Part shown: positions 57,403 to 64,000 of the stretch, in pieces | Position numbering within the stretch: the stretch's first letter is position 1 | Layout of the letters: each line of letters starts with the position of its first letter | Origin: Oculina patagonica | Lineage: Eukaryota | Assembly (NCBI RefSeq): GCF_052425735.1 | Contig: NC_135764.1 | Coordinates: 20,336,001-20,400,000, forward strand | Length of the DNA: 64,000 bases | Direction of reading: 5' to 3' | Program-made: the position numbers and the translations under genes | The notes under the pieces: generated by a model | Told to the model about the DNA's origin: nothing | Databases searched by the model: none | Seen by the model: only the letters and a program-made list of their open reading frames with translations

Positions 57403-58335
57403 ATGAACAACCCTATCTGTAAGGAAACCCTGCCGTTAATCTATCCAGCGGATACTGAAGCTAAAGACTTACATTCATGGTACATTGCGAATTGTGTATT
57501 GAACGCTTTGCTGGCCATTACCGCCATCGTGTTCAACGGCGTCACAATCCAGGCGCTAAGAAGAACTTCATCGGTGCCAAAGCCTCTAAAAACATTGCTT
57601 CTGAATCTTGCTGTTTCTGATCTTGGTGTTGGATTACTTGTCGAACCTCTGTATTTTGGGATGTTGGTCAGTTGGGCACGGGGAAACGATTTAACTGGCT
57701 TTACATGCACCACGCATCTCATTATCTCGTACCTATTTGCTGTTCCTTCATTTCTCGGAGTTATGTCTTTAAGTGTAGACAGATTCTTGGCAATTCATCT
57801 TCCTTTAAGATACATAGAACTCGTGACTCACAAGCGTGTTGTTGCTGTGGTGATCTCAATATGGGTGTTCAGTCTATCTCTTTCGTTATTCCGGTGGCTT
57901 GGCTCAAGGAATGTTACTTACGCGTTTATTGCCATTATTGTGATAGTTTCCTTTGCCCTCTCAGCGGTGCTTTATTGCAAGATATATTTAGCCGTACGAC
58001 GCCACAGAAATCATATTAATGCCTTACAAGTACAGCAAGTAGCAGAGAGTGACGAAATGACAAATTTTGCAAGGCTAAGAAACTCCGCTCTCGATACATT
58101 TTATGTATATCATGTGTTCGTGCTCTGTTATTTGCCACATATCTGTGCAAGGTCTTTTTTGGTTGTTAAGATCTCTGCCTTAAGTACTGGTGTAAAAGCT
58201 TTTTCCATTTGTGCGGCGACTCTCTTGTTACTAAACTTATCTTTGAACCCTGTTATTTACTGTTGGAAGATAAGACACATTCGACAAGCTATCATGGACA
58301 TACTGCGACGAAATATCTTTCCAAGTCACAACTGA
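57403..58335 (+). CDS. Intronless class A (rhodopsin-like) GPCR, 310 aa, ligand unknown
   Basis: Seven hydrophobic segments; TM1 N, TM2 LAVSDL, TM3 SVDRF, TM4 W, TM6 CYLP, TM7 LNPVIYCW. First ATG at 57403. Confidence 0.92.
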   Translation: MNNPICKETLPLIYPADTEAKDLHSWYIANCVLNALLAITAIVFNGVTIQALRRTSSVPKPLKTLLLNLAVSDLGVGLLVEPLYFGMLVSWARGNDLTGFTCTTHLIISYLFAVPSFLGVMSLSVDRFLAIHLPLRYIELVTHKRVVAVVISIWVFSLSLSLFRWLGSRNVTYAFIAIIVIVSFALSAVLYCKIYLAVRRHRNHINALQVQQVAESDEMTNFARLRNSALDTFYVYHVFVLCYLPHICARSFLVVKISALSTGVKAFSICAATLLLLNLSLNPVIYCWKIRHIRQAIMDILRRNIFPSHN

Positions 58336-60802
58336 GGAACGTTTCAGCGAATAAGCAGTAGAGCCAGATCGATCTACAAAACTTTAGATGATTGTTTAGT
58401 TTTAAAAAGTTAAGAAGCTATTAGAAATGCATTTGCTAAATGCTATTAAGAGATGCGCTTAGGAACGGACAACGCGGCGTAAAAGGTAGACATGAGTTAT
58501 CCGGCCTTCCTTCAAGAGTTTGCTGAGGATGTGGTTGAAAAATTGAAATTTGAAACGCAAAGCGAGATTTGATCATAAGCGTCCGGCCGGAACTTGGAAA
58601 GAACGAAAGAAACTAGGGTTAGATAAATTAAATTCTTGGTACTGTTTGAAAGCTATGCATAGTTACGCGATCAAGCAGGATTGGGCTTTGTGTATAAAAC
58701 AGAAATAAGCACCGGTTCTTCTCTTGTTATTTAGCCGAAAGGAAAAAAAAAATATGGGCGCGTATGAATGAATAAAAATCCTCTTACTATTTACAGGTTG
58801 TACATTGCAGTTCAATTCAGATAAACGTATAAACCTTCTGATTTTGTGAATTACGTACCGCTACAAAGAAGGTTTCACATTACGTGGACCCTTTTAATTT
58901 GTATTTCATTTTTGAAACCCATCATTGACTTGCTGCAAGATGAGACACATATGGCATGCTTTGAGCTGAGGAAAGCTGCAACATTTTGAAATAATGAAAT
59001 AATGAAATCCACTGAAAAGGCACCTATGTATGTTTTGATAAGAATCCTTAAATGATACAAGAATCTACTTTATGGGCGTGGCTCAAATTTATTTTACCTT
59101 TATACCAAGCGAGTGCATGGAACACTTCGTACTTAAAAGAAACTTATTTTTTAAATTTTATGTATCCCAATAAGAACAACTGTAAAAGTTTAAAATTGAA
59201 AGGCTCAAGTGATACCAAACCAAGCATATTTCCTCTAAAAGGTGCAACTAGTATCCTGCAAGTGGTATGTAGGGAGTCCCCCACGGGAATAAAAGCTGTT
59301 TACCTTGCTTCAGCGAATCACGTCTAATGTCTAATAACAAAACTATAAACTTTCAACCTCGCACGTTCGTACAGTTGCTTGACTGCATTTATTTTTTTTT
59401 GCCGGCTTTTCTCGCGCAGTCTGTCCCAGGCTCCCAGATCGCAGACAAATTCGACGCGTTACAACTGGACTCCAGCGTTTTCTCGATGTGAACAATCTTA
59501 TATTTGCCTCCAGGCACCATATGAGTCTGTTGAACGTTTTCATTAGTGCAGTATTAACAGGCGAACTATATTGACAGACTGTCGAAAGCAGGTGAGGTCA
59601 ATGGCAAAAAATTATAAATTCAGTCACGTTCTCTTCCATTTATTGCGCAAACGAACTTATTGCCTTGCCTTTTTATCTTTTGGGGCTTTAGCTTATAATT
59701 ACCGACTTACACATGCTGTTAGACAGTTTTTGATATCTTTCGTTCAGACAGCTATATTTGAAATGTGAATGTCGGCAGATGCAATACAAACACCTTGTTC
59801 GATGGTTTAACATATAAAACGAGTTGCGTAGTATTTTTGACAAACTGGTTAATGATATACAAGCATTTCATGTGGTTCATGCGCGTTGTAATTTTTTCAA
59901 ATCAGACCAAAAGATAGAACATTCGCGAATTGATTTTGCCGATTGTGCTTTCTTGGAACGCTGTGCAAAAGGAAATTATTTTATGTTATGAAAATAAACA
60001 CCGTTCTCCCGTCGAAAATAGACGTGTTTGTTTTTCGCCAAAGTTGTTTAAGAACCAAAAATGCAAAAAAATTAAATAAACTACCATGTTTATTCCATAT
60101 TGGACAATTTTGATGTACAGCGCGTGCGAATTGTAAGTTTACAACCCCATCTGCGATTATCTGTGAATTTGTCGAATTTGATTGACTTGAAATAAAGGAA
60201 CAGTTATTATTTTATCGATGCCTCTTTGACCCAGTTGACATTTGGAACTTAACCGATCGCGTTCTAATTAAAAATGAAAGAAATTTATGACTCGATAGAT
60301 CTACACCAATTGGATAGATGATGGTTTTTATATTACGCACATCACAACTGTCACATGGCACTTTACATACTTCATACGAAAGTTTCCGGGTGATTTTTTA
60401 TTGGCAAAAAAAAAAACGTTTTTCTACCGAAGCCAAATCAAAATGTTACTCCGCAATAACTGAAATTTACGCCGACACGACATGAAAAGAGCAAAAGATA
60501 AAAGAAAGGAAAACTCAAAACATCAACGCTTTACTGCTTCCTTTCTTTGTCAGGCAAAATATAGTAAAACAAATTTATTTTCAGGTTATGAAGAACCAGA
60601 CTCTTGATGTTGGCAGAAAAATAACATTTAAAGCGTGCAAAAATACTTTGTCTGGTAACCTTGGATTTATTCTTATTCTAATGAACTTTAATCAGAGATG
60701 ACCACAACAAATCGCCAATTCAGAGCTTCTTTGTTGTGTTGCTTATGTGAGAAGGTTTTGCCTCCAAAACATGGAACGGAACATGCAAATTACCTAGGAA
60801 AT

Positions 60803-60920
60803 GGCCCAGAGCGGTTAGAGCGCCCAACCGGTATCTGGGAGGCCATTGGTTCAATTCCCGTCGGGGACTCAGATTTTTCTTTGTCCCACGCTCGTGACAT
60901 AATGAATATTTCATCTTCAT
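60803..60920 (+). mobile_element. tRNA-derived SINE head (third family)
   Basis: A-box-like ggttagagcg and B box ggttcaattcc, then cagatttttctttgtcccacgct; a reverse fragment lies at ~965-990. Confidence 0.6.
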
Positions 60921-60984
60921 CATTTATCACCAATTTAAAGTTTAACATCTATTTTATTTATTATATAATTATCTATGTATAGAT

Positions 60985-63020
60985 TAAGGTACTTTATGGA
61001 AAGTGCGCGCGTACGGTGTTTACGCACGAGTTGTTGACGTATCAGAAATCGAACGAGTGAGCGAGAGCGAACGAGTGAGATTTCTGATACAAAACGAGTG
61101 CGTAAACACCGTACAAAGCACTTTCCATGCTGTAATTTTTTTTATAAACACAGAGATTTTTCCACGCTGAACTGTTTTTTTTTTTATTGTTATAATACAC
61201 CGGTACAAGCACACAAAATAAAAGTACCTAAATTTGCAAATGATAATAACTATAAAATCGTCGAAAAAAGACATTTCATGAGATTATTCTCGTGTCTTAA
61301 TATTGTTCTAATTGGATAAGAAATCGAATATCAAGAGTTTTTCACCCAACAAGTACAAAAATGAAATATAGAAATAAGAACTAAGAATACGTTACCGCGC
61401 TATTGCAAGGGAGGGCTATCTTCATCCGAAGAATCTAAAATACGTTTAACACGCTTGAAGGTGTGCTTTCTTGTTGCTGAGTACGCATTAGGCGAGTGAC
61501 TTGCTGTGTTTATAGAAATGTTAAAGTGTCCTCCATGAAACACGGTTCCGCTAAATACACTTGCTCCAGGCAATGTTGGACTGCTTGACGACTGAAAACT
61601 ACAAGACAGAGTTTCAGCTTCACTCTCTGTAGCCAATGCTCGATGAACTTTTGCAGAAGGTTCAGTCGAGGTCGCACTCAGTATCCTTGACATGTTTCTT
61701 TTGCTGTTTTTGGGAAATGTGGCTATAACTGTTAATGCTTTGGACATTTTTGTGGCCTGAGAGCTGCATAATGTGACTGGGAGATATGTCGCTGTCGTTT
61801 AGTTTTTGTACCATGCGTTTTCGAGCGCTGTGATTTGTCAGTCGTTTACTTGAAAGGCCTCCTTTTTCCGCCATGGTTTTCATCAAACTATTCAATTTGT
61901 TCTGACCCATTGCACTTGATTTAAACCACAGTTTATTCGACGAAGGACCTTTTGTGTAATTTATTCCGAGATAGCCGGGAATGGCGCATCAGGTTTATTC
62001 ATCGCGTCAGGTCTCTTTTCGGTAAACGGCAACTGGATCTCTTTCAGGTGGACCGTTTGGTGCTGCGAAAGCCTTCGGTTTAACAGCTCTGACATTCGAG
62101 GTTCAGGTCCCGTTCTAGTTTTCGTTTGACGTTCAGAATACTCTAGGTATTCAGTTCCGTCGGCTTCCATGTGAAGTTCCACGTCGCCCCAAGTCATCTG
62201 CCGATGTTCTTCACAGCCTCTCAAACCAAAATGCACCGAATTGAAAAGCCAGACTAGTACTGTGTTTAGCAAAGCTTCGGCATTTGAGATTCCCAGTAAA
62301 TTCTTTTCGAAAAGAATGTTTTCCTCCACATCAGCCAAAGCTTCGGCTGCGTTGGGTTTGTTCCCCTTGCCTTCTTTTTTCAGTTGTTTGCTGCGAGCTT
62401 CCAGACATTTTCTTGCTTGATCAAACACAGTGTCTTCGATAATACTCGCTGAGTATTTACGTTCTCTTAAATACCGTTTAAAACTTGAGAACAACCCTCG
62501 AAGGCTCGATGGTTCATAGCCTTGGCCATCTTTTCTTTTCACACTAAGAATGAATTCACTAAGGTAACGGCTGAGCTTTTCTGGTTGGATTTCTTCAATT
62601 TTTCTTTGTTCGTTCTTCTCCAGCAGAAATGTAGAAAGCAGCTTTACATCCTGCTGCGTTTTTGCTTGAGTGTTTTTGTTTTCCTGCTGCGATGGGTTTA
62701 CTTAATGATTTGAACCTACTGTCAGAACATTCAGCCATAGTTGTTAATGAGAACGTTTTAAACTCGTCCACAAATGTACTGCGAAAGGCAAAAAAAACCC
62801 TGCAAGCGATAACTTTCAAGCAGTGAAAAAGCTAGCGCCATCGACAAAGCTACCACGTTCATTAAAAATGTTGATGCGTTTTGACGGCCGCTTTCTGATT
62901 GGACGAAACGGGTTTCTCACGCGTGAAAAAGTCGTTTCGCTGTTGTCATTGGCTGCGAGAATTTCCGAACCGGGTTTTCAACAGATCAATTCTAACTGTA
63001 AATCTCAGTATGTATGATTG
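60985..63020 (-). mobile_element. Crypton (tyrosine-recombinase DNA transposon, DUF3504/CryptonA-like), decayed
   Basis: Fragmented ORF 62738-61400: ..YLSEFILSVKRKDGQGYEPSSL..HFGLRGCEEH..ERQTKTRTG..TNHSAR..LSGHKNVQSINSY, giving the R-K-HxxR-H-Y catalytic set, with about 5 frameshifts. Terminal hairpin 60996-61128. Confidence 0.85.
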
Positions 63021-63285
63021 AAACTGGGTTTTGAAATCCGAAAATGATCTTCATTCTGGGACTAGCCTTTTTCCTCGGATATTGCAGTCTTACATATTAA
63101 ATATTAGAGATTTTGATATTAAGATATTGAAATTTCCGGGTTGTGGTTACCCTTTAAAAAAGTAAGCGAATATTTGACCCGTTGCTTTTCTAATATAAAG
63201 CTCTAGCGTGCGCATGACAATTTATGAGCTAACCAGGAACAATTTACATTGGAAAATCGGCGTATTTTCAAAGGAACTCAAGATC

Positions 63286-63600
63286 ATGAAAAATCCTCTC
63301 TGTGACGAATTGCTGCTATATCAGCCCGCCAGAGCCCAAGTTGAAGACTTCTATCCTTACTAGAACATTGATAATTGTGTCTTGAACGCTTTACTAACCA
63401 TCCCCGCTATCACGCTGAACAGCGTCACAATCCAGGCGTTAAGAAGAACTGCATCGTTCCCAAAGCCTCTCAGTGCATCTTGCTGTTTCTGAACAGCAAG
63501 CCACAGAAAACTGGTATTTTATCACACGGGTCCAAAATCGTCATTTTCAGTGGCTCATGTAGCACTTTCTTTTTTTATTCTTTTGAACCTGGGGTGAAAA
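63286..63600 (+). pseudogene. Internally deleted paralog of the GPCR at 57403
   Basis: MKNPLC..*NIDNCVLNALLTIPAITLNSVTIQALRRTASFPKPL aligns to the 57403 protein; TAG at 63361; then only short patches (atcttgctgtttctga, gccacagaaa, tttgaacc). Confidence 0.8.
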
Positions 63601-64000
63601 GTAGGATGAATCCACGTGATTGCAATTTCTCAAAAAGACCCAAACTGTACATTTCAATTAAAAATGGAAGAGTAACCAGGATTCATAATCAAGTAAAATA
63701 TTTTAGAAGCGTTCTCTGGTTAAAAATTTGTTATAAAATAAGCTTTCGGCTGCCAAACTACAGCCTTTAACGAATGATAAAAATGGCGCGAATGAATAAA
63801 TATATAGGGTAAAAATGTGTGAAAAAATTACAGAATAAAAATGCGTAAAAAGGTGACAAGAAAAATAGTGAGAATTTGATAATAAAAGAGAACTATTTTA
63901 AAAGAATAGAATATTGTGGAGGTAATGACCTAGCATTGTTGTCCGCTTCAGTTGTCATGGCAGTGTGCCATGACTCAAGAGTTTTTCGCACGCGATAGTC

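Noticed and set aside
60803-60875. tRNA gene (also the heads at 35135 and 46800)
   Set aside because: A and B boxes are present but there is no proper cloverleaf, and each continues into a repeat body; these are SINE heads.

Overview
AT-rich eukaryotic DNA with spliceosomal introns, most likely from a cnidarian such as a stony coral (inferred from the gene families and repeat types). I reconstructed two complete multi-exon + strand genes by hand, with every intron GT-AG and every phase consistent. One is a LIV-1-subfamily ZIP zinc transporter (SLC39A6/10-like, 7 coding exons, 16749-28666, 697 aa). The other is the Ca2+-regulated mitochondrial aspartate/glutamate carrier (SLC25A12/13, 20 exons, 34030-51494, 699 aa). 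An inverted pair of intronless BTB-BACK-Kelch paralogs flanks them: one is truncated and internally triplicated, the other has one frameshift and sits between ~450 bp direct repeats. Further downstream are an intronless class A GPCR, a decayed Crypton (tyrosine-recombinase transposon) and an internally deleted GPCR pseudogene. Non-coding DNA is dense with MITEs, tRNA-derived SINEs and LINE/Penelope fragments, and there is one 139-N gap plus several low-quality homopolymer stretches. The most notable observations are: (1) a cluster of TACATGTA octamers, four of which appear from paralog or TSD comparison to be 6-bp insertions at TA sites (Tc1/mariner excision-footprint type), concentrated in a CpG-depleted part of the SLC25 gene; (2) sequence-diverse hairpin elements that share 9-bp TSDs, one of which duplicated a splice donor; (3) a double inverted repeat with pseudoknot (A-B-A'-B') order upstream of SLC25.
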